Positions 53,909 to 63,376 of a stretch of DNA of 64,000 nucleotides are shown piece by piece. Source of the stretch: Thermoanaerobaculia bacterium. GTDB taxonomy: Bacteria; Acidobacteriota; Thermoanaerobaculia; UBA5066; Gp7-AA6. Each line of letters starts with the position of its first letter. The stretch's first letter is position 1. The translations under genes were made by a program, and so were the position numbers. Under the pieces are notes generated by a model that worked only from the letters and a program-made list of their open reading frames with translations, searched no databases and had not been told where the DNA came from. The stretch covers positions 13,604 through 77,603 of the forward strand of contig DATBFU010000061.1 of NCBI GenBank assembly GCA_036558325.1. Reading direction: 5' to 3'.

Positions 53909-53930
53909 CCATTCGCGTCGCGATCGGGGA

Positions 53931-55187
53931 TTGCGCTATCTTTCCCGCCCCGTGGCGACGGGATTCTTCCGAAAAGACGGCGAGCTGACCTGCGACGGCG
54001 TGCCGCTCTCGCAGATCGCGCGCGCACACGGCACACCCCTCTACGTCTACAGCTGGGCCTCGATCGCGGAGAGCTTCCGCCGCTTCGATGCGGCGCTCGC
54101 CTCCGTGCCGCACCTCGTGTGCTACGCCACGAAGGCCAACTCGAACCTGGCGATCCTGAAGCGCCTCGCGGCGCTCGGCGCCGGCGCCGACGTCGTCTCG
54201 GGAGGCGAGCTCCGCGCCGCGCGCGAGAGCGGCATTCCGGCCGATCGCATCGTTTTCTCCGGCGTCGGCAAGACGGAAGAAGAGATTGCGGCCGCGGTCG
54301 CCGCCGGAATTCTCGCCTTCAACGCGGAGTCGGAGCGCGAGATCGAGAAGATCGACGCGATCGCGCGCGCGTCCAGCGCCGTCGCCCGCGTCGCGCTGCG
54401 CGTCAATCCCGACATCGACGCACGCTCGCACCCGTACATCTCGACCGGCCTCCGCCAGAACAAGTTCGGCGTGGACATCGCGCGCGCCGGCGAGATCTTC
54501 GAGAAGGCGCGCCGTCTCTCCGGCGTCCGCATGATCGGGCTCCAGGCGCACATCGGGAGCCAGATCGGCGAGACGGAGCCGCTCGCCGAGACCGCGCGCG
54601 AGCTGGCGGCGCTCGCCGGCGGCCTCGCCGCGAAGGGCCACCCGATCGAGAGCCTCGACATCGGCGGCGGCATCGGCATCGGAGAGAGGGGACTCTCTCC
54701 CGAGGCGTACGCCGCCGCGGTTCTGCCGGAGCTGACCGGCGGCCACTTTCGGATCCTCATCGAGCCCGGCCGCGCGATCGCGGGCCCGGCCGGCGTTCTC
54801 GTGACGAAGGTCCTCTACGTCAAGCGCGAGCGCGGCAAGAGCTTCGTCGTGACGGATGCCGGAATGAACGACCTGATCCGGCCCGCGCTCTATCAGGCGA
54901 TCCATCCAATTGAATCGGTTGGCCCCCCGAGAGGACAAATCCTCACGACCGACGTCGTGGGACCCGTCTGTGAGACGGGCGACACCTTTCTCCGGGACGC
55001 GAAAATCGAGGAGCCGGCGGAGGGAGACCTGCTCGCGATCCGCGACGCGGGCGCCTACGGGTTCGCGATGTCGTCCAACTACAACTTCAGGCCGCGCGGC
55101 GCCGAGGTCCTCGTCGAAGACGGCACGGCCCGCTTGATTCGAAAGCGGGAAACTTTCGAGGACTTAACACGGCTCGAACACGTATAG
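53931..55187 (+). CDS. lysA: diaminopimelate decarboxylase
   Basis: 418 aa with the PLP-lysine context YATKANSN, plus GADVVSGGEL, IGGGIGI and GPVCETGD, typical of LysA. The start may lie a few codons downstream. Confidence 0.9.
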   Translation: MRYLSRPVATGFFRKDGELTCDGVPLSQIARAHGTPLYVYSWASIAESFRRFDAALASVPHLVCYATKANSNLAILKRLAALGAGADVVSGGELRAARESGIPADRIVFSGVGKTEEEIAAAVAAGILAFNAESEREIEKIDAIARASSAVARVALRVNPDIDARSHPYISTGLRQNKFGVDIARAGEIFEKARRLSGVRMIGLQAHIGSQIGETEPLAETARELAALAGGLAAKGHPIESLDIGGGIGIGERGLSPEAYAAAVLPELTGGHFRILIEPGRAIAGPAGVLVTKVLYVKRERGKSFVVTDAGMNDLIRPALYQAIHPIESVGPPRGQILTTDVVGPVCETGDTFLRDAKIEEPAEGDLLAIRDAGAYGFAMSSNYNFRPRGAEVLVEDGTARLIRKRETFEDLTRLEHV

Positions 55188-55190
55188 AAT
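55185..55190 (+). promoter_or_regulatory. candidate -10 box TAGAAT overlapping the lysA stop codon, upstream of the TonB-dependent receptor
   Basis: The sequence is cacgtaTAGAATcgcg. It lies ~48 nt upstream of the ATG at 55239, which has a GAAGGAGAGAG SD. Confidence 0.3.
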
Positions 55191-55238
55191 CGCGTCCGAT
55201 TCCGTTTCGCCAATTCAATTCGCTTCGAAGGAGAGAGT

Positions 55239-58055
55239 ATGCGATTGCGCCCCCTGTTCCTCGTTCTCGGCATCGCTGTGCTCGCCGTCGCGGCGCCCGT
55301 GATCGCGCAGACGACCGGTTCCATGTCCGGTGTCGTCCGGGATTCCAACGGCGCCCCGCTTCCCGGCGTGCTCGTCTCGATCACCGGCCCGTCCATGCCG
55401 GTGGCCCGCACCGTCACGACGCGTTCGGACGGCGTCTTCCAGTTCTTCAGCCTGATTCCCGGGACCTACCAGCTCAAGGCGGAGCTGCAGGGCCTGGGGA
55501 CGTTCGCGCAGGACGTCGTCGTCAACCTCGCCAAGGATACCGAGGTGCGCCCGGTGCTCCGGGCGACGGCGGCCGAGTCCGTCGAAGTGACGGCGGCGGT
55601 CCCGCTCGTGGACACGAAGTCCACCGAGACGTCGCAGGTCACGACGCGCCCGACGCTCGAAAAGCTGCCGCTCGAGCGCACGTTTTCCGGCACGTTCCAG
55701 CTCGCGCCCGGAGTCGTGGACAGCGGCGTCGCGATCTCGAACACGAACGTCGGCATCAACGCCGGCGGCGGACGCCAGGACAACACCTACCTCTATGACG
55801 GCGTCAACGTCGGGAACCCGTTCTTCGGCGACCTGTATCAGGATTTCGCCGAGCTCGACATCCAGGAGGTCAACATCACGCGTGCCGGCATCCTGCCGGA
55901 ATACGGCCGCACCGGCGGCTTCGTCGTCAACGGCGTGACGAAGTCCGGAACGAACCAGTGGCACGGCGACGTGCGCGTCGAGTTCCAGCCCTCCTCGTTC
56001 ATCGCGGACAGCAACGACCCGAACCTCCAGACGAAGACGGAGCGGTTCCGTCCGGGCGTCGGAATCGGCGGCCCGCTGTGGAAGGATCACCTCTTCGCGT
56101 ACGGCTCGTACAACTACTACCGCGCGAAGGAGACGGACCGCGTCAACCCGACCGGCGACCTGCCGGACGGCGTCCTCTCGATCAAGGAGTACTTCCTCAA
56201 GCTGACCGCGAACCCGTCATCGAACGTCCTCATCGACGGCTCGTTCCGGTATCGCGGCATCAACGAGACCAACGCCGACATCAACCTCGACGAGGCCTCG
56301 ACCGGCGACATTCCGTTCGAGATCGACCGCGTCGGCGTGCTCTCGGCCTTCTGGACGGCCACGCCGTCGTTCAACGTGGAGGCAAAGTTCAACCACAACG
56401 ACTACCCGAGCGGCGCGCAGCCGGCCCTGGCGATCGGGTTCCACGGGCCGTTCGACGCGGCGAACCCGGCCAACTCCGGATACTGGTGCCCGCCGGGCAG
56501 CATCTCCTGCTTCGGCGTCAACCCGCTCCTCGTCAACGAGGACGCCTTCCGCCGCGACGAGTACCGCCTCACGGGCACGTGGCTCTCGCACTTCGGCGGC
56601 GCCTCGCACGAGATCAAGGCGGGCGCGTACTACAGCGACAACAAAGAAGACAAGCTCACCGTCGCCAACGGCTGGGGCTCGATCGTCCGCACGTCGTCGT
56701 CCAACTGCCTCGTCGACGCGGAGGGCAACGACGACCCCACCCGCTCCTCGCCCTGCTACCGCACGCGCTACAACCCCGAGCAGCCGGCGCAGATCTCGCG
56801 CGGCCGCACGCTCGGCCTCTTCGCGCAGGACCAGGCCACCTGGAACCGCCTGACGGTCAACCTGGGCGTCCTGCTCAACAAGGACACCTTCATCCCCAAC
56901 GACGACGGGGAGTTCACGTTCATCCAGGGCGACTTTCACGTGAGCGGCGCGCTTCCGTGCAGCGACCCGGCGCACGACCCGGCCGCGTGCACCTACACGG
57001 GCCGCTACGTCTTCCCGATCTCCAAGCAAATCCAGCCGCGCGTCGGCATCGCGTACGAGGCCGACTCCAGGGTCCACGACAAGATCTACGCGAACTACGC
57101 GCGCTACGACAACATGGACAATCAGTCCTTCGCGCGCGCGGCGGCGCCCGTCCGTCTCGTGCGGACGGACACGTACTTCGACATCGCGACGGGCCAGCAG
57201 GGCATCTCGCTCACGCGCTCGAACAACACCGGAAAGATCGTCCTCCCGAACATCGACCCGACCTACACCGACGAGATCTCCGCCGGCTACGCGCGGCCCC
57301 TGGGCGGCGGCTGGTCGGCCGAGCTCACCGGCATCTGGCGCGAGACCGAGGACATCATCGAGGACTTCGGCGCGAACAACCGCGACGATGAGGTCGATGG
57401 TCCGAGCGACTTCCGCTACGGCAACATCCCGGGCTGGCGCAAGTACAAGGCGTTGTCGCTCCAGGTCCGCAAGGCCTACGGCTCCAACTGGACGATGGAC
57501 GTCTCGTACACGCTTTCGAAGCTCGAAGGCAACTGGGACCTCGACTACGCGACGCAGCTCTTCTACTCCTCCTCCTACATCGAGGACGGGCCGTTCCTCT
57601 ACGTCGAGACGCCCAATCGCCGTGGCACCCTCATCGGGAACCGCACGCACGTCGGGAAGGTCTTCGCGACCTATCACCTGCCGACCAACACAAACATCGG
57701 CGGCTACCTGCGCGTGCAGAGCGGCCGGCCGTGGGAGGCCCGCGGAATCGACCCGGTCTATGGCACCGACTACGTCTACCTCGAGCCGGCCGGCACGCGC
57801 ACGACGCCGACCTGGACGAACTTCGACTTTTCGGTCTCGCAGGACATCCCGCTCGGCGGGAACATGCTGCGAATCGAGGGACGCGTCCTGAATCTCTTCA
57901 ACAGCCAGCCGCCACTGACCGTGGATCAGGATCTCTGTACGGACACGTGCACGTCGATCCCGGTCGATCCCTCGATCGTCAACCCCAACTTCGGCCGGCC
58001 CACGTCGTACGCGCAGCCGCGCCGGTTCTTCATCTCGGCGATCTACTCCTTCTAG
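55239..58055 (+). CDS. TonB-dependent outer-membrane receptor with N-terminal carboxypeptidase-regulatory-like domain
   Basis: 938 aa with a signal peptide. The CarboxypepD_reg block is GSMSGVVRDSNGAPLPGVLVSITG...TTRSDGVFQFFSLIPGTYQL. A beta-barrel follows, with a terminal aromatic residue (..AIYSF). Confidence 0.9.
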   Translation: MRLRPLFLVLGIAVLAVAAPVIAQTTGSMSGVVRDSNGAPLPGVLVSITGPSMPVARTVTTRSDGVFQFFSLIPGTYQLKAELQGLGTFAQDVVVNLAKDTEVRPVLRATAAESVEVTAAVPLVDTKSTETSQVTTRPTLEKLPLERTFSGTFQLAPGVVDSGVAISNTNVGINAGGGRQDNTYLYDGVNVGNPFFGDLYQDFAELDIQEVNITRAGILPEYGRTGGFVVNGVTKSGTNQWHGDVRVEFQPSSFIADSNDPNLQTKTERFRPGVGIGGPLWKDHLFAYGSYNYYRAKETDRVNPTGDLPDGVLSIKEYFLKLTANPSSNVLIDGSFRYRGINETNADINLDEASTGDIPFEIDRVGVLSAFWTATPSFNVEAKFNHNDYPSGAQPALAIGFHGPFDAANPANSGYWCPPGSISCFGVNPLLVNEDAFRRDEYRLTGTWLSHFGGASHEIKAGAYYSDNKEDKLTVANGWGSIVRTSSSNCLVDAEGNDDPTRSSPCYRTRYNPEQPAQISRGRTLGLFAQDQATWNRLTVNLGVLLNKDTFIPNDDGEFTFIQGDFHVSGALPCSDPAHDPAACTYTGRYVFPISKQIQPRVGIAYEADSRVHDKIYANYARYDNMDNQSFARAAAPVRLVRTDTYFDIATGQQGISLTRSNNTGKIVLPNIDPTYTDEISAGYARPLGGGWSAELTGIWRETEDIIEDFGANNRDDEVDGPSDFRYGNIPGWRKYKALSLQVRKAYGSNWTMDVSYTLSKLEGNWDLDYATQLFYSSSYIEDGPFLYVETPNRRGTLIGNRTHVGKVFATYHLPTNTNIGGYLRVQSGRPWEARGIDPVYGTDYVYLEPAGTRTTPTWTNFDFSVSQDIPLGGNMLRIEGRVLNLFNSQPPLTVDQDLCTDTCTSIPVDPSIVNPNFGRPTSYAQPRRFFISAIYSF

Positions 58056-58081
58056 ATTCCGCTTCGCCTCGATACGTCTTC

Positions 58082-58107
58082 GGCCGGGAGCCTTCGGGCT
58101 CCCGGCC
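58082..58107 (+). terminator. rho-independent-like terminator after the TonB-dependent receptor
   Basis: ggccgggagcc-ttcg-ggctcccggcc forms an 11-bp stem. It is followed by ttatcattt. Confidence 0.55.
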
Positions 58108-58120
58108 TTATCATTTCGGG

Positions 58121-58633
58121 ATGAAATTTCGAATCGCCGCCGCGCTCGCAGTCTGCCTCAATTCGGCTTCCCTCTCCTTCGGCGCCGCCGCCGCCTCGCC
58201 GCCGCCGGTGCTCCGCCTCCCGGGCGGCGCCGACAAGGCGATCTCGCGGGAGGCGATTCTCGGCCCGGGCCGCATGGACGTCCGTCGCGAGGGCTCGGAA
58301 GGCGACGTCACCGTCTTCCACGGCCAGCCGCTCCTCGACGTCCTCGAGAAGGGCGGCCTCGAGACGAAGGCGATGGCGTCGCAGCGGCATCTCGCGCCCG
58401 CAGTCGCCGTCGTCACCGCGCGCGACGGCTACACCGTCGTCTTCTCCGTTGGCGAGCTCCTGATGCACCGCGCCGACCCGCGCGTCTTCCTCGTCGCCGA
58501 GAGCTCCTCGGGTCCGCTCCCCGAAAACGAGGGGCCGGTGAGACTCCTCGTCTACGGCGACCGCGCCCGCTCGGCCTACGGGCTCGCGCGCGTCGAGGTG
58601 AAGCTGCTGGCGGAGAATCCCGCGAAGAAGTGA
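58121..58633 (+). CDS. small exported protein with a molybdopterin-oxidoreductase (SUOX/YedY-fold)-like domain
   Basis: 170 aa with a signal peptide. The pattern (VTVFHGQPLLDVLEKGG...VVTARDGYTVVFSVGEL...GPVRLLV) resembles short Oxidored_molyb-domain proteins. The product call is tentative. Confidence 0.5.
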   Translation: MKFRIAAALAVCLNSASLSFGAAAASPPPVLRLPGGADKAISREAILGPGRMDVRREGSEGDVTVFHGQPLLDVLEKGGLETKAMASQRHLAPAVAVVTARDGYTVVFSVGELLMHRADPRVFLVAESSSGPLPENEGPVRLLVYGDRARSAYGLARVEVKLLAENPAKK

Positions 58634-58644
58634 CCCGTCCCCGG

Positions 58645-58795
58645 GTCATCCCGAGGAGTCTTCGACGAGGGATCCCGAGCTGACAGGCGCCTTGGCCTGT
58701 CATTCCGAGGAGTCGCTCGGAATGACGGCGGGGTGCGATGCCGCCCGGCTCAGGGTCTGCCGAGCTCGGGATTCCTCGCTGTCGCTCGGGATGAC
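58645..58795. repeat. palindromic intergenic element, copy 3 (opposite orientation, with a nested extra hairpin)
   Basis: 58645-58681 (gtcatcccgaggagtcttcgacgagggatcccgagct) is 37/37 identical to the reverse complement of 53813-53849. The right arm ctgccgagctcgggattcctcgctgtcgctcgggatgac matches the reverse complement of the copy 2 left arm. The inner insert is gtcattccgag-gagtcg-ctcggaatgac. Confidence 0.8.
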
Positions 58796-58800
58796 CGCAC

Positions 58801-60816
58801 TCAGTCCTTCTGTCGCACCCGCGCGAGCGACCGCGCGACGTCCGGCTGGTTCGGGTTCAGAGCGAGGGACTTCGCGAGCAGTCGCTCGACCGCGGCGCGG
58901 TCCGCGAGGCACGTCTCGAAGATCGCGAGTGCATTCAGCGTCTGCGGCGTCGTCGTCGTGCCTTCGAACGGCGAGAGCGCCGCGACGGCGCCGCGGCAAT
59001 CCTTGTTCCGGTAGAGGAAGATCGCGCGATCCCGGGCGATTCCCTCGTTGCCCGGCCAGGTCTTGGCCGCCCGGTCGAGAAGCGACCTGGCCGCGGCCGA
59101 ATTCCCCGCCTTGTCGTAGTCGCGCGCCCAGCCGCCGACGGCGACCGCGGGGTCGGACGAGGCGGACGTCATCGCGAGCGCCTTGAAGAGCCAGTCCTCG
59201 GCCGCGCGCGTGTCGCCCTTCTGCCGGGACAGCAGCGCCAGGTTGTAGATCGGCGAGTAGTAGTCCGGCCTCAGTGCGAGCGATTTCTCGAAGGCTTTGC
59301 GCGCGTCGGTCGGATCGTGGCGCGTCTCGAGGTAGTACATCCCGAGGTTGTTCCACGCGCCCTCGGTCATGCCGGGCCGATCGCCTCCGGCCGGCGCGAG
59401 CGGCCTCGCCTGCGCCGGCGAGAGGTATCCGAGCGCGAGGAGTTTCTTCGCGTACTCGCTCGACTCCGACGCCGACATCGACGCGGCCGGCAGGCGGCGC
59501 ACCGCGATCTTCGAATAGACGTCCGCGCGCGGCGGCGGCGCCAGGCCATCGAAGGCGCCGGTGACCGGCGCGCCCGGCATCGTCCGGTCGGCTGGAAGCC
59601 CGAGGAGCGCCAGGACCGTCGGCGCGACGTCCAGGATGCGCGCGCGGCCGCGATCCGCCGAGCGCCGCACGCCCTTGCCCCAGGCCGCGATCACGCCCTG
59701 CGGCCGGTGCCAGAACGCCGCCGTCGCCCAGTTGCCCGACGCCAGGCCGCACGGCCGGTCGGCGCCCCACTTGAAACCGTGGTCCGAGTGCACGAGGAGG
59801 GTCGCGCCGTCCTCCTCGGCGCGGCGCATCCACTGGCCGAGCAGCCGGTCGACCAGGTTGTAGTAGGCCCCGACGACGCGGCGGTACTTTCCGAAGTCCT
59901 CGTCGGAGACGGCGGGACAGTCCGGACGCGGCGGCGTGAACGGCGCGAACACGTGGCCCACCTCGTCGGTGCCCTCGAAGTACACGGCGAGGAGATCCGG
60001 GAGCTGGCGGTCGTAGAGGTCGCGCGCCAGCCGCTGCGTCACGCGGGTCGCGGCGACGACGCGCGACAGCGCGACGATTCGGTTCTCCATTCCGGCGCCG
60101 CTTCCGAGAGCCGCGGCGACGTCGGAGGACGCCGCGTCGAGGTACGGGGCGAGGTCGTCGGCCGAGACCTTTCCGTCCCGCGCGAGCACCTGTGCGACCG
60201 CGGTCTCGAGCGACACCGGATACGCCGCGCCGGCGAGCGGCAGGCCCGAGAAGAGGATCGGGCTCGCGCGGTCGGAGACGAAGAAGCCGTCCACCTCCTC
60301 CGCGGGATGCGTCGCCCACCAACCCACGACGCCCACCTTGCGCCCGCCGGCGGACGCCTCGTTCCAGACAGCAGGGACCGCCCGCGAGAATCCCGAGATC
60401 GGGTTCTTGGCGCCGGTCTTCGGGTCCGTCTCCTGGAAGTCGAGCACGCGATGCACGTCCGGAGGGACGCCGGTCGCCGCCGTCGTCCAGAGGATCGGCG
60501 AGATGAGCGGGTACTCGCTTTCGAGGACTCCCGACCAGCCCTCGGCGGTCAGGCGTTTCCAGTTGGGCATCCGGCCCTCGGCGGCGAGGCGGTCGAGGAG
60601 CTCCCAGTCGAGACCGTCGAGCCCGATCCAGAAGACCGGCGGGCGGCCGCCGGGAGCGCGCCGGGTCCGCGTTTCGGTGTCCGAGGCTTCGACGACGGCC
60701 GGAGCACCCGCCCCGGCCGACGTTTTCTTTTCGGGCGATGGCGGCGCGGACTCGGACCGGCCGCACGCGGCGAAAACGAGGATGAGGGGGAGAAATCCGA
60801 TCCGGCGCCGGCGCAT
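58801..60816 (-). CDS. lipoprotein: alkaline-phosphatase-superfamily (type I phosphodiesterase/nucleotide pyrophosphatase) domain + C-terminal TPR repeats
   Basis: The start is the ATG at 60816 (MRRRRIGFLPLILVFAACG, with a lipobox). The N-terminal block is VFWIGLDGLDWELLDRL...MPNWKRL. The C-terminal TPR helices include AFEKSLALRPDYYSPIYNLALL. Confidence 0.8.
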   Translation of the reverse strand: MRRRRIGFLPLILVFAACGRSESAPPSPEKKTSAGAGAPAVVEASDTETRTRRAPGGRPPVFWIGLDGLDWELLDRLAAEGRMPNWKRLTAEGWSGVLESEYPLISPILWTTAATGVPPDVHRVLDFQETDPKTGAKNPISGFSRAVPAVWNEASAGGRKVGVVGWWATHPAEEVDGFFVSDRASPILFSGLPLAGAAYPVSLETAVAQVLARDGKVSADDLAPYLDAASSDVAAALGSGAGMENRIVALSRVVAATRVTQRLARDLYDRQLPDLLAVYFEGTDEVGHVFAPFTPPRPDCPAVSDEDFGKYRRVVGAYYNLVDRLLGQWMRRAEEDGATLLVHSDHGFKWGADRPCGLASGNWATAAFWHRPQGVIAAWGKGVRRSADRGRARILDVAPTVLALLGLPADRTMPGAPVTGAFDGLAPPPRADVYSKIAVRRLPAASMSASESSEYAKKLLALGYLSPAQARPLAPAGGDRPGMTEGAWNNLGMYYLETRHDPTDARKAFEKSLALRPDYYSPIYNLALLSRQKGDTRAAEDWLFKALAMTSASSDPAVAVGGWARDYDKAGNSAAARSLLDRAAKTWPGNEGIARDRAIFLYRNKDCRGAVAALSPFEGTTTTPQTLNALAIFETCLADRAAVERLLAKSLALNPNQPDVARSLARVRQKD

Positions 60817-60827
60817 CGCCGGCAAGC

Positions 60828-61898
60828 TTACCGAAGCCGGCGAAACGCCTGCGTCTTGACCGCGATCCAGACGCGCCGGCCGGCCGCAAGTGCGAGCTCC
60901 CTCACCGAGCCCGCCGTCAGATGCGCGCGCCACGGCAGACCCGCCGCGGTTACGTGCACGATGGCGTCGCTCGGAAAGCGGTCGATTCCCGCCACGACCC
61001 CCTCGAAGACGTTGCGCGCCGAGACGCCGTCGAGCGGCCGCACCGACAGGAGCACGTCCTCCGGCGCGACCGAGAAGACCGCGCGGCCGAGCGGAAAGCT
61101 CGGATCGAGCGGCACGAGGAGGTCGGCGCCGCGCGGCGTGACGAGCCGGCCGACGCCGTCCTCGTCGGACTTTTTCTCGAGGAGACCGTCGAAAATGTTG
61201 TCGAAGCTCGCGCCCGGATCGACCGCCTCGACCCGATGCGCGGCGAGGACGTCGGAGGGAGGGCCCGACCCCAGGACGCGGCCGTCCCGGAGCAGCAGAA
61301 CGGCCCGCGCGAGGAGGAGCGCCTCGCCCGCGTTGTGCGTGACGTAGAGGAACGGAATCCGCATCTCGTCGCGCACGCGGAGAAGATACGGCAGGATCCG
61401 CTCGCGCAGCGCGACGTCGAGCGCCGCGAGCGGTTCGTCGAGCAGCAGAAGCCGCGGCCGCGTCGCGAGCGCGCGCGCCAGGGCGACCCGCTGCCGCTCG
61501 CCGCCCGAGAGCGTCGCGGGGTAGCGCGCGAGCAGATCGCGGATCTCGAGGATCCCGACGGCCTCGTCGAAAAGCCGCGCCGCCGCCGGCCCGCGCTTCG
61601 CGAGGCCGAAGCGCACGTTCTCCTCCGCCGTCAGGTGCGGGAAGAGCAGCGAGTCCTGCGGCACGTACCCGATGCGGCGCTTCTCGGCCGGAAGGTCGAT
61701 GCCGGCGGCCGAATCGAGAAGGCGCTCGCCCGAGACTTCGATCCGTCCGCTCGCGCGGCGCAGTCCCGCGAGCGCTTCGAGCAGCGAAGTCTTCCCCGCT
61801 CCCGACGGGCCCATCACGGCGACGGCCTCCGCGTCGAGCCGCGCCCGGACCTCCAGCCGGAACCGCGCGAGCGGCAGCCGGAGGTCGAGGTCGATCAG
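60828..61898 (-). CDS. modC: molybdate ABC transporter ATP-binding protein with C-terminal TOBE domain
   Basis: The motifs are Walker A GPSGAGKTS, signature LSGGERQR and Walker B LLLLDEP, with a TOBE-like tail. The conserved N-terminal strand (LIDLDLRLPLARFRLEVRARLDAEAVAV) lies upstream of the first ATG (61817). The 5' end is therefore extended to a CTG overlapping the modB stop, and the exact start is uncertain. Confidence 0.8.
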   Translation of the reverse strand: MIDLDLRLPLARFRLEVRARLDAEAVAVMGPSGAGKTSLLEALAGLRRASGRIEVSGERLLDSAAGIDLPAEKRRIGYVPQDSLLFPHLTAEENVRFGLAKRGPAAARLFDEAVGILEIRDLLARYPATLSGGERQRVALARALATRPRLLLLDEPLAALDVALRERILPYLLRVRDEMRIPFLYVTHNAGEALLLARAVLLLRDGRVLGSGPPSDVLAAHRVEAVDPGASFDNIFDGLLEKKSDEDGVGRLVTPRGADLLVPLDPSFPLGRAVFSVAPEDVLLSVRPLDGVSARNVFEGVVAGIDRFPSDAIVHVTAAGLPWRAHLTAGSVRELALAAGRRVWIAVKTQAFRRLR

Positions 61899-62578
61899 GC
61901 GGGAGCTCCGGAGGGCCGGGCGCGGCGGCGCTCGAGCGTCTCGGTCACCAGGATCGCCAGGAACGCGATCGCGACGACGACGCCGACGAGCCGCAACGCC
62001 GCGCCGTCCTGCCCGATCTGCGTGCGGTGGAAAATCGCGAGCGCGAGGGTCTGCGTCCGGCCCGGGATGTTCCCGGCGACCAGGATCGTCGCTCCGAACT
62101 CGCCGAGCGCGCGCGAGAAGGCGAGCATGGTCCCCGCGAGGATCCCGCGCCAGGCGAGCGGCAACGCCACGCGGCGGAAGACCGCGAAAGGCCCATGGCC
62201 GAGCGATCGCGCCACGCCGAGGAGGCGCGGGTCCACCTCCGCGAACGCGGCGCGCACCGGCCGCACGAGGAGGGGGAAGGACATGACGGCGGTCGCGAGC
62301 GCGACGGCCTTCCAGGTGAAGAGAAGCTCCACTCCCGCGCGGTCGAGGAGGCGTCCGAGAAAGCCGCCCGGGCGGACAAGCTGCAGAAGGAGCAGTCCGA
62401 CGGCCGTCGGCGGCAGGACGAGCGGCAGGGCGAGAACGGTCTCGACGGCGTGCCGCACCGGTCCACCTCCGCGGGAGAGGGCCCAGCCGGCCGCGATCCC
62501 GAGCGGAAGGATGACGACGGTCGAGACCGCCGCGACGCGCAGGGTCAGCAGCAGGATCGAGAAGTCCTCTCCGGTCAT
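61895..62578 (-). CDS. modB: molybdate ABC transporter permease
   Basis: 227 aa. It has the EAA-like loop (ARSLGHGPFAVFRRVALPLA) and the ModB-typical tail (GATILVAGNIPGRTQTL). Confidence 0.9.
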   Translation of the reverse strand: MTGEDFSILLLTLRVAAVSTVVILPLGIAAGWALSRGGGPVRHAVETVLALPLVLPPTAVGLLLLQLVRPGGFLGRLLDRAGVELLFTWKAVALATAVMSFPLLVRPVRAAFAEVDPRLLGVARSLGHGPFAVFRRVALPLAWRGILAGTMLAFSRALGEFGATILVAGNIPGRTQTLALAIFHRTQIGQDGAALRLVGVVVAIAFLAILVTETLERRRARPSGAPA

Positions 62579-62579
62579 C

Positions 62580-63344
62580 TCATTTCGCCGACGCGAAGCC
62601 GGCGCGCCGGAAGACGGCGAGCGACTCCGGCGACTGAAGGAATTCGACGAACTTCGCCGCCGCCGCGGGATTTCCGCTCTTGGCGACGACGGCCACCGAA
62701 TACAGGATCGGCGGATCGGTCGGCGTTTCGAAGATCGGTTTCACCTTCTTGGAGACGCGCGCGTCCGTCGAATAGACGACGCCTGCCGGAGCGGCCTCCG
62801 TCTCGACGGCGGCGAGCGCCGCGCGAACGTCGAGCGTCGGCACGACCTTCGGCTCGATCTCCTTCCAGAGTCCCGCGTTCTCGAGCCAGCGCCGCGCGTA
62901 GACGCCGGCGGGAACGCCCGCCGGATCGGCGAGAGCGATTCTGGAGAACTGGAGCAGATCGCGCGGCCCGGCGACCTTCGCGGACGAGGAGAGCGGCACG
63001 ACGACCGCCAGCTCGTTGCTCAGGAACTCCCGCCGGTCTTCCTTGTGTACGAATCCGGCTTTCTCGAGGCCGTCCATCCTGGCCGTGTCGGCCGAGAAGA
63101 AGACATCGGCCGGCGCGCCGGCCGAGATCTGGCGCGCGAGGTCGCTCGAGGCGCCGAACGAGAAGCTCAGGGGCGTCCCGATCTTCCCCTCGAAGGCCTT
63201 CCCGACCTCCTGAAGCGATTCGGTCAGGCTCGCCGCGGCGAAGACGAGGAGCGCTTTCGGCGCGTCGGCGGCCGCGGCGGGCTTCGAGACGGCCCCGAAC
63301 CCCGCGAGCGCGAGGCTCGAGACGAGTGAGAGCAGCTTCTTCAC
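62580..63344 (-). CDS. modA: molybdate ABC transporter substrate-binding protein
   Basis: The GTG at 63344 follows AGGAGG, and a signal peptide is present. The ModA blocks are VFAAASLTESL, FSFGASSDLARQI, DVFFSAD and VVYSTDA. Confidence 0.9.
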   Translation of the reverse strand: MKKLLSLVSSLALAGFGAVSKPAAAADAPKALLVFAAASLTESLQEVGKAFEGKIGTPLSFSFGASSDLARQISAGAPADVFFSADTARMDGLEKAGFVHKEDRREFLSNELAVVVPLSSSAKVAGPRDLLQFSRIALADPAGVPAGVYARRWLENAGLWKEIEPKVVPTLDVRAALAAVETEAAPAGVVYSTDARVSKKVKPIFETPTDPPILYSVAVVAKSGNPAAAAKFVEFLQSPESLAVFRRAGFASAK

Positions 63345-63376
63345 GACGATGCCTCCTTGGAAGCGAAAGGGATTGC

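Noticed and set aside
53698-53988. 96-aa ORF (MRGQTRTSRCHPEREPGIPNS...), and similar ORFs at 53689..54036, 58692..59186 and 58413..58703
   Set aside because: They are encoded entirely by the palindromic repeat elements and flanking hairpins. This is repeat-derived pseudo-coding sequence.
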